Source of the DNA: Patescibacteria group bacterium
GTDB lineage: Bacteria; Patescibacteriota; Minisyncoccia; Phycocordibacterales; UBA12079
Length of the DNA: 64,000 bases
Assembly: GCA_018817595.1 (NCBI GenBank)
Contig: JAHITU010000001.1
Span: forward strand, 32,109-96,108
Direction of reading: 5' to 3'
Shown: positions 28,087 to 38,807 of the stretch, one piece after another
Layout: every line of letters starts with the position of its first letter
Position numbering within the stretch: position 1 is the first letter of the stretch
Notes under the pieces: model-generated
Seen by the model: the letters and a program-made list of their open reading frames with translations, nothing else
What the model was told of the DNA's origin: nothing
The model's database searches: none
Made by a program: the position numbers and the translations under genes

Positions 28087-28263
28087 ATTTTATATTATCT
28101 ACAAGTTTTATGTTTAAAAATTAAAAATTTTGATTTATAAGCGACGTAGTGCGAGAGAAATATAAAAGTTTTACTTTATATTTCCGAGCCGAGGAGCTTA
28201 TATAAGACGAAGTGCTTTTATTTAAAAATTACAAAATTAAAAATTAAAAATTTCAAAAAGATC

Positions 28264-28542
28264 CTACAGGATTTTTTTGACTTTTACATACCCTTCTTGT
28301 GTTTCAGGAGCTTCACCTAATAAATCATTAGTAAATTCTCCTCTTTCGTACGGATTCTCGTCTTCTCTCATAATATTCCTATGTTCTCCGGCTCTATCTT
28401 TCAAACCACCAGTTTTTACGGATTGGATTTGATCAATAAAACCCAAGATAGAATCCATCTCTCCTAATAATTCTTCTTTTTCTGTTTCGGATATTTCTAT
28501 CCGACACAGATTAGCTAAATTTTCTATATCTTTAATTTCCAT
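28264..28542 (-). CDS. gatC: Amidotransferase subunit C
   Basis: 92 aa. Positioned upstream of gatA with GatC-like composition (ETEKEELLGEMDSILGFIDQI). Confidence 0.75.
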   Translation of the reverse strand: MEIKDIENLANLCRIEISETEKEELLGEMDSILGFIDQIQSVKTGGLKDRAGEHRNIMREDENPYERGEFTNDLLGEAPETQEGYVKVKKIL

Positions 28543-28680
28543 GAATATGATTATAGTCTAAAAAAGTTTTTTTTGAAACATGTAAGACAAATTATTTAGA
28601 AGTTCAACCTAAGCATTAGTAAAATAAAACAAGTTATTAAAGATTACAGGTATCTTAATTAAGAGGTCGGGCTTCACTAA

Positions 28681-30690
<2,010 letters not shown>

Positions 30691-30896
30691 TTATAACACA
30701 AAGCAAATCAGCTTTTAAATAAAAACCATTTATTGTTTTTTAGATTGAAGGAATTACTTCGTCAAGAAAATTTAAATTTAAAATTCGGCTATAGAATAGC
30801 CAAATTTTAAATTTAAATTTTCTTTCCTTGCAAAGACAAATCACTTTAGTGATTCGTTCCACTTTAACTTTACAGACTTTATAGACTTTCGACTCG

Positions 30897-31427
30897 TTAA
30901 TACGTTACCTGCCAAGCCCGTTCTACTCTCTTTTTATTATTAGGATCACAAGTGTTTTGTCCAAAGGATTTAATCAAAGTATCATCATCGTTTAATTTAT
31001 AGATATCAACTTGAACACAAGCTCCAGAAGGGTATGACAAACTAAAATTATTCCTACTACAATTTGCTCCACAATCTTGATTAAAGGAAACAGCAACATC
31101 TTGACCACTGCAATTGATATTTGATAAAGGTGCTGCTGTGTTTGAAAAATTGTCTTCATGAATATCCCAATATAAAGCACATTCCATTCCCCCATCAGCT
31201 GCATAAAAAGCAAATAATGATTCTCTAGCTCCAGAAGATAAAATAACTTCTCTCATCGCAATACCAAAAATAGACAAACCAATTACTAAAAAAACATTAG
31301 CTAGTAGCAAAGCAATCATTGAAACAAATGCTTTATCAGCTCTTAGCTTATAGATATTAGCTTTTAGGAAAAGTTTACTACGTAAATTTTTTATGTTTAT
31401 TATTTTGTTATTTTTAAGGTTTTTCAT
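30897..31427 (-). CDS. Pilus-locus secreted Cys-rich protein with a long basic leader (atypical pseudopilin-like)
   Basis: 176 aa. Leader MKNLKNNKIINIKNLRSKLFLKANIYKLRADKAF, then a hydrophobic helix. Its 5' coding region contains repeats also found intergenically (31348-31392). Confidence 0.4.
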   Translation of the reverse strand: MKNLKNNKIINIKNLRSKLFLKANIYKLRADKAFVSMIALLLANVFLVIGLSIFGIAMREVILSSGARESLFAFYAADGGMECALYWDIHEDNFSNTAAPLSNINCSGQDVAVSFNQDCGANCSRNNFSLSYPSGACVQVDIYKLNDDDTLIKSFGQNTCDPNNKKRVERAWQVTY

Positions 31428-31645
31428 TTTATTAGTTTTTTGGTTTCTGTCTTATTATATGGATTGAAGAGATTGCTTCCCTAGTACTTTGAATTAAATT
31501 GCTTACTTTTTATTTTACAAAGCATTTTAGGTTTTTTATTAACTTTATTTATATGGTTGTAACAAAGTACTAGGTCGCAAAGACGAAAATCTACGATTTT
31601 CATTACAGATTTTGCGGAGCAAAATCCGTAACTTTTGACTTTGGA

Positions 31646-31685
31646 CCCGCCTGCCCCTGCGCGCCGGCAGGCGTGGTCAGGCAGG
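31646..31685. repeat. Family-A GC-rich palindromic repeat copy
   Basis: ccgcctgcccctgcgcgccggcaggcgtggtcaggcagg, then ctttacagactttcgactcg, directly 3' of the pilin stop at 31707. Confidence 0.8.
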
Positions 31686-31706
31686 CTTTACAGACTTTCG
31701 ACTCGT

Positions 31707-32237
31707 TTACTGCCAATTCAATAAACGTTCTTTGACTACAAATTGACGAGTATTAGGACCCTCTTGCCAAGACATGGTTACTACTACTTCTAATTCCTTA
31801 TCTGGGATAATTTCATTTATTTCTATTTCCCTTTTAATCAAAGAAACATTTCCAGAGGTATAACCATAAAGATAACTAACTGGATCATATTTTAAATTTT
31901 CACAACCGCTTAAAGAACAAGAAGAAACTGTTTGAGCAGGAGAATCAATCTTACATTTAGTACCAAAATTAGTACAATCAGTCAAACCAATCAACCAACC
32001 TCTATCATTTAGAATATTTGTGTCTCTAACGTTTCTTATGTACTCAATAGCCTCTTGAGCTAAATACATAGCAACTATCTGCCCCTTAGCTATTTTAGAT
32101 ATGGAAAGTCCTTTTGTAACCAAAACTAATGGTCCAGACATAGCAATCAGCAAAACAGTAATAGCAATAAAAGTTTCTATCAAAGTAAAACCTCTTTTAA
32201 GTTTATTATTATTTTTTAATTTTTCAAAATATTTCAT
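31707..32237 (-). CDS. Type IV pilin/pseudopilin (prepilin N-terminal methylation motif)
   Basis: KRGFTLIETFIAITVLLIAMSG. Confidence 0.8.
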   Translation of the reverse strand: MKYFEKLKNNNKLKRGFTLIETFIAITVLLIAMSGPLVLVTKGLSISKIAKGQIVAMYLAQEAIEYIRNVRDTNILNDRGWLIGLTDCTNFGTKCKIDSPAQTVSSCSLSGCENLKYDPVSYLYGYTSGNVSLIKREIEINEIIPDKELEVVVTMSWQEGPNTRQFVVKERLLNWQ

Positions 32238-32247
32238 TTTGTTTTTA

Positions 32248-32266
32248 AAAATTTACGAAGTAAATT
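32248..32266. promoter_or_regulatory. Pilus-promoter palindrome AAATTTAC-GAAG-TAAATTT (candidate operator)
   Basis: Lies 10 nt upstream of the pilin start at 32237. Variants: 21385-21403 (before the small membrane gene), 37454-37472 (about 45 nt before the pilC start), 31374-31392 (inside the 5' coding region of 30897-31427). Confidence 0.5.
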
Positions 32267-32303
32267 TTAACTACCTTCTACATTCCACCTTCCACTTCCC
32301 AAG

Positions 32304-32876
32304 TTAATAGTCTATCATTCTTTGTGAAACAGTTGTCTGCAGATTAAAAAAAGTCCTACCTTTTTCTCTTTCACCAACATATCCCTTGGCAGTAATCAAA
32401 ACCTTTGGTTGAACACCATCCGCTTTAGCAGACCCAACAACCACAAAATAAAGATCTTCTAGAATTAATTCTTCAGAAGTTAGAGGTAAAAATGATACTC
32501 CTGTATCAACTGATTTAAATAATCTTCCATTTTGAAATTTAAAAACTACTTGGTCATTAGATGAATTAATATCACCATTATAAGGTTCAAGTGCAATTAA
32601 ATTTTCTCCTCCTAAACAATCTCTTGTTGTAGATAAATCACCAAGTCCACCACAATGATAATCATAACCAGTTCTTATTTCACGGGACATCATCTCCATT
32701 GCTAAATTTAAATTATTTACAGCTGTTTGAATAGCTTGGGCTTGTTTATTGGCGTTTAAAACATTTAACAAGGCCCCCATTCCAACTACCATAACCATAC
32801 TAAAGAGGCCTACGGCTGTAATCATTTCAACCAAAGTAAAACCCATCTGTAGTCTCTTTTTGTGATTTTGTTTCAT
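32304..32876 (-). CDS. Type IV pilin/pseudopilin
   Basis: LQMGFTLVEMITAVGLFSMVMVVG. Confidence 0.8.
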   Translation of the reverse strand: MKQNHKKRLQMGFTLVEMITAVGLFSMVMVVGMGALLNVLNANKQAQAIQTAVNNLNLAMEMMSREIRTGYDYHCGGLGDLSTTRDCLGGENLIALEPYNGDINSSNDQVVFKFQNGRLFKSVDTGVSFLPLTSEELILEDLYFVVVGSAKADGVQPKVLITAKGYVGEREKGRTFFNLQTTVSQRMIDY

Positions 32877-32889
32877 TTATTTTAATTAA

Positions 32890-33519
32890 TTACATACTCA
32901 ATACAGCTATTTGACCAACTCTATTAACAAAAATCTTTTTTTCTATTCCTTTTGGAGAAATAATTCTAATCTCTGCAGTATCGTATTCTGTCGATGCTAA
33001 ATTAGCTTTAATAATTGCATTAGGGTTAGGTCTTAAAAAGGAAATACTTAGATTATCTATTGAGCAATCCACACCAACACATAGACTGTTAACCTTGTTT
33101 CCTTCAGTTAGTCTTAATCTATCAATTATTTGGTCTGAACCAGAATCATAAAGAGAATTAGGGTTATTTAATGGGTAAATGTCAGCAAAAATTAGAAATT
33201 CATTAGAACTTACATCAAAATAAACACCATAACCCTCAGTAAAGCTAGCATTGGTTTGTTTTACTTGTAACCCATAGGATTGAGCTTGCCTAATAGTTAA
33301 AGAAATTTCGTAGGCTAGATTCTCTATAATAACATGGTTGTTAAATTGAGAATGGTTGAAAAAAACCACCCCAGAAACCAAAACTAAAATACCAATAGTC
33401 ACCATTAATTCAATGAGAGAAAAACCTTGGTTAGCTTTTAGCTTATAGCTTTTAACTTTTAGAGAAAATTTTCTTTGTAATTTTTCTTGAATTATTTTTT
33501 TTTCATTTTTTATATTCAT
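32890..33519 (-). CDS. Type IV pilin/pseudopilin with an extended (about 33 aa) leader
   Basis: The leader ...KFSLKVKSYKLKANQ precedes GFSLIELMVTIGILVLV. The leader is encoded by the ttagcttatagctt repeat. Confidence 0.75.
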   Translation of the reverse strand: MNIKNEKKIIQEKLQRKFSLKVKSYKLKANQGFSLIELMVTIGILVLVSGVVFFNHSQFNNHVIIENLAYEISLTIRQAQSYGLQVKQTNASFTEGYGVYFDVSSNEFLIFADIYPLNNPNSLYDSGSDQIIDRLRLTEGNKVNSLCVGVDCSIDNLSISFLRPNPNAIIKANLASTEYDTAEIRIISPKGIEKKIFVNRVGQIAVLSM

Positions 33520-33645
33520 TATCTTAATTTAAAATCATCTTGAACAAAATTTATGACTAAAACGTCTTTAAAATTTGTCCGATCAAAACAGATTTTTGAT
33601 TTATGAAGTAAATTTTTACACATCCAACTCTCTACTTTCCACTTT

Positions 33646-34479
33646 CTATTTTAAAATTAAGCTTAAACCCCAAACATCCCAACCAAAGAAAAAAACAAGG
33701 AGAGTACCTATTATTAAAAACGGAGCAAAAGGTAATTCACTCTTAATTGTAAAGTTTTTAGATAAAAAAGACAATCTTTTTATGTTATTAATTTTAGTTA
33801 AAAAAACTAAAAATAAACCAATTATGGCACCCATCCAAATCCCTAAAATAATAGCAGAGGAACCCTTAACAAGGCCTAAGAACCAACCAATCCCTATAAC
33901 TAATTTGGCATCACCGAGCCCCAACCATTCTCCTTTTGAAATAATCCAGAGAAACACAAAAGGGAAAGCGAGAATAAATCCAGCCCAAAAAAAAGAAAGT
34001 AAGCCAAAACCTTGAAAATTTATAGTAAATAATCTAATTAAAGCAATAAAAGCTAATAAAAAGACCCATAAGTCAGGGATTAATTTATGATACAAATCAT
34101 AAACAAAAATAATAATTAACAAAGAAAAAATTAACCACAATGAAAATAAATCAAAAATACTTAAAAAATCTAGAGTTAATTGAGAATATTTTTCCAAAAA
34201 ATATATTTTGTAACCGAATAAAAACAGTAAAGCCGTGCTAAGCTCAACTAAGGGATATTGCCAAGAAATATTTTTTTTACACTTTAAACATTTTCCTCCT
34301 TGTATCAAAAAACTTATTATAGGGATTAATTCATACCAATTTAATTTTTTGTGACAATTAACACATTCAGATCTTCCCGTTAAAGATTTTTCAGAATACC
34401 TTAAAATGACAACATTTAAAAAAGAGCCTATAATGGTCCCAAAAATAAATATCCCAATTTGCGCAATTAAATTTTCCAT
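33646..34479 (-). CDS. pilD: Prepilin peptidase (A24 family)
   Basis: 277 aa. CxxC pairs (CVNCHKK...CLKCKK), polytopic membrane topology, catalytic GLGDAKL. Confidence 0.8.
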   Translation of the reverse strand: MENLIAQIGIFIFGTIIGSFLNVVILRYSEKSLTGRSECVNCHKKLNWYELIPIISFLIQGGKCLKCKKNISWQYPLVELSTALLFLFGYKIYFLEKYSQLTLDFLSIFDLFSLWLIFSLLIIIFVYDLYHKLIPDLWVFLLAFIALIRLFTINFQGFGLLSFFWAGFILAFPFVFLWIISKGEWLGLGDAKLVIGIGWFLGLVKGSSAIILGIWMGAIIGLFLVFLTKINNIKRLSFLSKNFTIKSELPFAPFLIIGTLLVFFFGWDVWGLSLILK

Positions 34480-34656
34480 ATCTAATTATCTAATTATATC
34501 ATATTTTAAATGTTATCTTTCATTTCTAGTGGATTAATAAAAAAAATAATCATTTTAATGAATTTTTTTAATTTAAAATTTACCATTTACAATTTATAAT
34601 TCCTAAGGATCAAAATAAAAATCACCGACTTTAGTCGGTGATTTTTATTTTGTTTT

Positions 34657-35091
34657 TTAGGGTGTTACATCATAACACATATCTACTGCTCCTCCCCCTG
34701 CACAATCAACACTATTTCCATCAAATCCACCTGTTGCGTCATCATCGTCATCAAGTAATTTATTTGACTGTTGTAAAACAGCTCCTAGGTGGTAATCTTG
34801 CCCACTACTTAATTGTGAATATATATAATTTGAACCATCAGGATCTTTTGAAATCTTTAAGAAAGTATCCAATTCCCCTCCGTAGACCCCAGCAGGATAT
34901 GTAGAATTAACATCATAATAAAGTTCCAAAGCTAATTGAATTTGTTTTATGTCTGAAATCCTTCTTCCATCCTTAGCTCTTTCACGAGTACCACTCATAG
35001 AAGTCAAAACAACTGATGACAAAATACCAATAATAGCAATTGCCACCAGAAGTTCAGTTAAAGTAAATCCTCTTTTCAAATTAATTTTCAT
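34657..35091 (-). CDS. Type IV pilin (start trimmed to an internal ATG)
   Basis: MKINLKRGFTLTELLVAIAIIGILSSVVL. The listed start at 35154 would overlap the next pilin by 50 nt. The ATG at 35089-35091 gives a canonical short leader. Confidence 0.7.
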   Translation of the reverse strand: MKINLKRGFTLTELLVAIAIIGILSSVVLTSMSGTRERAKDGRRISDIKQIQLALELYYDVNSTYPAGVYGGELDTFLKISKDPDGSNYIYSQLSSGQDYHLGAVLQQSNKLLDDDDDATGGFDGNSVDCAGGGAVDMCYDVTP

Positions 35092-35104
35092 AATTTCTAA
35101 TTTA

Positions 35105-35539
35105 TTAAGGAGTAGTTGTACACCCGGTTTCAGTACAGGTAATAGTCCAAGCATCTCCTTCAGCAGTTGTAGCTGAATATGCTTCTAATCCTGAAGTTGA
35201 AACTGTAGCGTTGTATGACCAATTGCTAGGCAACACAGGAAAAACAACTGAAGTTCCTCCGCAAAGTTGTGTGGTTCCAGCAGTAGGTGTTCCGTTGAAA
35301 AAAGTGTCTTCATCATTAATACACATAACTAGATGTGGATGTAATGCAGCTAATTGACTTTGGGTTCTTCCTAAACGAGCCTTAGCTCTAGCCCCACCAA
35401 GAGAAACTAAAACAGTCGCAGACAAAATTCCAATAATAGCGATAACAACTAAAAGTTCAATTAAAGAAAAACCATAAGAGACCTTATTATTAAGGTGTTT
35501 CTTGGTCATCCTGTTTTTTTTATTTTTTTGTAAAAACAT
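35105..35539 (-). CDS. Type IV pilin
   Basis: YGFSLIELLVVIAIIGILSATVLVSLGGAR. An alternative start at 35509 (MTKKHLNNKVSYGF...) is possible. Confidence 0.7.
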   Translation of the reverse strand: MFLQKNKKNRMTKKHLNNKVSYGFSLIELLVVIAIIGILSATVLVSLGGARAKARLGRTQSQLAALHPHLVMCINDEDTFFNGTPTAGTTQLCGGTSVVFPVLPSNWSYNATVSTSGLEAYSATTAEGDAWTITCTETGCTTTP

Positions 35540-35569
35540 AGATAAATAAGTTAATTATATTAACCTTAA

Positions 35570-36046
35570 TTAATTACATCCAGCAGTTAATTTTCCAACT
35601 GGTCCAACAGCAGAGTTAGGTCCAGCATTTAATGTTCCTGAACCATATTCTAGATAGAAACAAATTTGAAAATCTTCTGTTCCTGCTCCAGCTGAACCGT
35701 CAGCTTTACTTACAGAATAATTACAAGCAGCTGTTGATGCACCTGTACAAGCAGTTATACTTTCTGAAGGATCACCATAATCTGGGAAGTTAGAAATATC
35801 TCCAGGTCCTGTACAAATAGATGTCAAAGCATCTGCAGCTGTACAACCTGTTAATGACACATTTCCACTATCAGCTTCAATTACTAAAAGCTTAACCATG
35901 TCCTTTACGTCCTCTAGTCGTCGAGCATCTCTAGCTTTTTCACGAGCTGTTCCTAAGGAACTCAATACTACAGCGGCCAAAATTCCCATGATAGCTACCA
36001 CGATAAGCAACTCAATCAAGGAAAAACCTTTTTGTTTAATATTCAT
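35570..36046 (-). CDS. Type IV pilin (likely the major pilin)
   Basis: MNIKQKGFSLIELLIVVAIMGILAAVVLSSLG with a Cys-containing C-terminal domain. Confidence 0.8.
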   Translation of the reverse strand: MNIKQKGFSLIELLIVVAIMGILAAVVLSSLGTAREKARDARRLEDVKDMVKLLVIEADSGNVSLTGCTAADALTSICTGPGDISNFPDYGDPSESITACTGASTAACNYSVSKADGSAGAGTEDFQICFYLEYGSGTLNAGPNSAVGPVGKLTAGCN

Positions 36047-36203
36047 ATTTTTAAAAAATAAATAATTAATAATTAATAATAACTAAATTACAAGACTACA
36101 TAATTTATTAGTTTGTTCTATCATTATAACTCCAAACACATGACAAAAGAAAACAAAGCTGTGGATAAACAAAGATTATAAAAGGTCTGTATAATAATAC
36201 TTT

Positions 36204-37409
36204 TTAAATTGCAGAAGAAATATTGTAAATAGGCATTAATACAGCTGCCATCAGCCCCCCTACTCCAAGACCAAGAAAAACAATCATTGCGGGTTCAATC
36301 ATTCCAACTAATGTATCAACAGCTCCATTTACTTCTCTTTCATAGAATCGAGAAAGAGTATCTAAAATACTACTTAATTCTCCAGTCTCTTCACCAATTT
36401 TTATCATTTGAACCATAATATTGGGAATTTCATCATAACCAGTCAAGGAATCAGCAACAGAAACTCCTGACTTAATAGCTTCCACAGATTCGTTCAAAAT
36501 ATTTTGGTAAACTATAGAATCTACAATAGTTGAGGTTGTTTCCATAGTTTTTACAATTGAAACACCACTTGATAACATTGTTTTCATATTTCCTAATATC
36601 CTAGATAAGTACATTTTTCTATAAAGATTCCCCACATAAGGGACTCTTAATCTAAAATTATCAATTGATAATTTTCCTGCTTTAGTTCGAGAGAACTTAA
36701 TGAACATAAAAACTACAATTATCAAAAGAACAATTAAATAAATACCGTAACTTAACAAAAAATCACTCATACCAATAACTACTCTTGTTAGAACAGGAAG
36801 TTCTTGACCAGCATCGGTTAAAATAAGACTTATTTTAGGAATAACCATAGTAAACATCAAAACCATAACAACAATAAACACAATAACCACAAAAGCAGGA
36901 TAAACTAAGGCATTCTTAACCTTAGATAATAAATTATAACCTCTGTCCAAATGATCAGCTAAAAAAGAAAAAGTTTCATTTAATTTACCTGATTCTTCTC
37001 CAGATTTTATCATGTTTATATAAAAATTAGAAAAAACTTTTGGGTGTTTAGCCAAAGCAATTGAAATTTGACTTCCTCCCTGGATATCATCAGCTACTTC
37101 CTTTAACACTTTTCTTAGAGCAGGGCTTTCTGATTCATCCCCCAGTAATCGGAAAACTCTTAAAGCAGAAACGTGCGACCCAAACAATGTAGATAATTGT
37201 TTAGACAAAATAACAATATCCTTATTAGAAACTTTTTGTAGAAACGTAAATTCTATATTAAAAAGACCTTTACCTTCGGCAGGGTTGATAAATGTGATTA
37301 TGTAACCACGATCTTGTAATGCAGAAATAGCCACTTCTTCAGTTACAGCTTCGATTCTACCTTCTTTTTCTTCACCCTTTTTATCTACTATTTTATATTT
37401 GAATAACAT
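36204..37409 (-). CDS. pilC: Type IV pilus platform protein (GspF/PilC family)
   Basis: 401 aa with two T2SSF repeats and three TM segments. Confidence 0.85.
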   Translation of the reverse strand: MLFKYKIVDKKGEEKEGRIEAVTEEVAISALQDRGYIITFINPAEGKGLFNIEFTFLQKVSNKDIVILSKQLSTLFGSHVSALRVFRLLGDESESPALRKVLKEVADDIQGGSQISIALAKHPKVFSNFYINMIKSGEESGKLNETFSFLADHLDRGYNLLSKVKNALVYPAFVVIVFIVVMVLMFTMVIPKISLILTDAGQELPVLTRVVIGMSDFLLSYGIYLIVLLIIVVFMFIKFSRTKAGKLSIDNFRLRVPYVGNLYRKMYLSRILGNMKTMLSSGVSIVKTMETTSTIVDSIVYQNILNESVEAIKSGVSVADSLTGYDEIPNIMVQMIKIGEETGELSSILDTLSRFYEREVNGAVDTLVGMIEPAMIVFLGLGVGGLMAAVLMPIYNISSAI

Positions 37410-37478
37410 AATATGATTAGTTAAAAGTTTATAAAGTCGAAAGTCTTTTTTTAAAATTTCCGAAGCAAATTTTTACTC

Positions 37479-37562
37479 CTACCTGCCGGCAGGTAGGTTA
37501 TAGACTTTATGAACCTTACAGACCTACCTGCCCCTGCGCGCCGGCAGGCGTGGGCAGGCAGG
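37479..37562. repeat. Family-A repeat copy plus the adjacent mini-palindrome cctacctgccggcaggtagg
   Basis: Located 3' of the pilT stop (37579) and 5' of pilC. It is flanked by the pilus-promoter palindrome at 37454-37472. Confidence 0.8.
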
Positions 37563-37578
37563 CTTTTGACTGTTTCTT

Positions 37579-38640
37579 TTATTTAAAATTTCTATTTAAC
37601 TCCTTTGAACGATATGAATATTTTCTTGCATCTTCTAAAGTTATTTCTCCGAACCTAACTAAATCTTCTAGAGATTTATTCAAGCTCACCATTCCTTCGT
37701 TAGAAGATGTTTCGATAACATTGTGGATTTCAAAAGTTCTCCCTTCTCGAATTAGATTTGCAGTAGCGTTATTATTTATCAATAATTCATACGCAGGAAT
37801 CATACCCCCAGAAATTCTAGGAACCAATCTTTGAGAAAAAATACCTAGAAGAGAAGCTGCTAATTGAATTTTGATCTGGCTTTGTTGTTGGGGTGGAAAT
37901 ACATCAATAATTCTATCAATAGTCTGAGCTGCATTATTAGTATGCAAGGTAGAAAATACTAAATGGCCTGTTTCAGCAGCAGTAACAGAGGTAGAAATTG
38001 TTTCTAATCCTCTCATTTCTCCAATCATCAAAACATCAGCATCTTGTCTAAAAATAGACTTCAAAGCAGTTGGGAAATCCTTCGTGTCAATTTTTATTTC
38101 TCTTTGATCTATCATTGATTTACCTTCTTGGAAAACATATTCAATTGGATCCTCTATTGTAACGATATGTTCAGCCCTAGATTGGTTTATCATTTCTATC
38201 ATAGAAGCAAGAGTTGTTGATTTACCATGTCCCATAGGACCAACTACTAAGAAAAAACCTTGTTGTTTTTGAATAAAATCACCTAAAACTGGAGGTAAAT
38301 TAAGTTCTTCTAGTGTTTTTACTTTCTTTGGGATTAATCTAAGACTTATTCCAATCGATTTCTGAGTAAAAAAACAGGAACCTCTAAAACGAGCATCCCC
38401 CGCTTCAAAAGAAAAATCAATTTCTTTTTCTCTTAAAAACTCTTCTTTATACTCTGGTGTAAGGAGCTGAGTTACAACACCTAAAAGGTCCTCGTGGGTA
38501 ACCACAGGCATAGATTCTAAATAGTGTAAAATACCATGTACTCGTATTACAGGGTGTTTACCTTTAGATAAATGAATATCAGAACCATTTTCTTTTACAA
38601 CAGCATCTATTAAATCTTTTATTAATTTATTATAATCCAT
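37579..38640 (-). CDS. pilT: Type IV pilus retraction ATPase
   Basis: 353 aa. Walker A GPMGHGKST, a His box, and a PilT-like C-terminus. Confidence 0.85.
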   Translation of the reverse strand: MDYNKLIKDLIDAVVKENGSDIHLSKGKHPVIRVHGILHYLESMPVVTHEDLLGVVTQLLTPEYKEEFLREKEIDFSFEAGDARFRGSCFFTQKSIGISLRLIPKKVKTLEELNLPPVLGDFIQKQQGFFLVVGPMGHGKSTTLASMIEMINQSRAEHIVTIEDPIEYVFQEGKSMIDQREIKIDTKDFPTALKSIFRQDADVLMIGEMRGLETISTSVTAAETGHLVFSTLHTNNAAQTIDRIIDVFPPQQQSQIKIQLAASLLGIFSQRLVPRISGGMIPAYELLINNNATANLIREGRTFEIHNVIETSSNEGMVSLNKSLEDLVRFGEITLEDARKYSYRSKELNRNFK

Positions 38641-38807
38641 AAAATTAGTTAAAAGTCCTTAAAGTCAAAAGTCTATAAAGTCAAAATCCACTTCGCGAAT
38701 TTACTATTATATAATTTCAACATAAACTTATTATACTATAAATAAATTTATAAAAATTAAATTGTTGGGGAAAAATCACAAAGTGATTTTTACCACTTTC
38801 GACTCGT

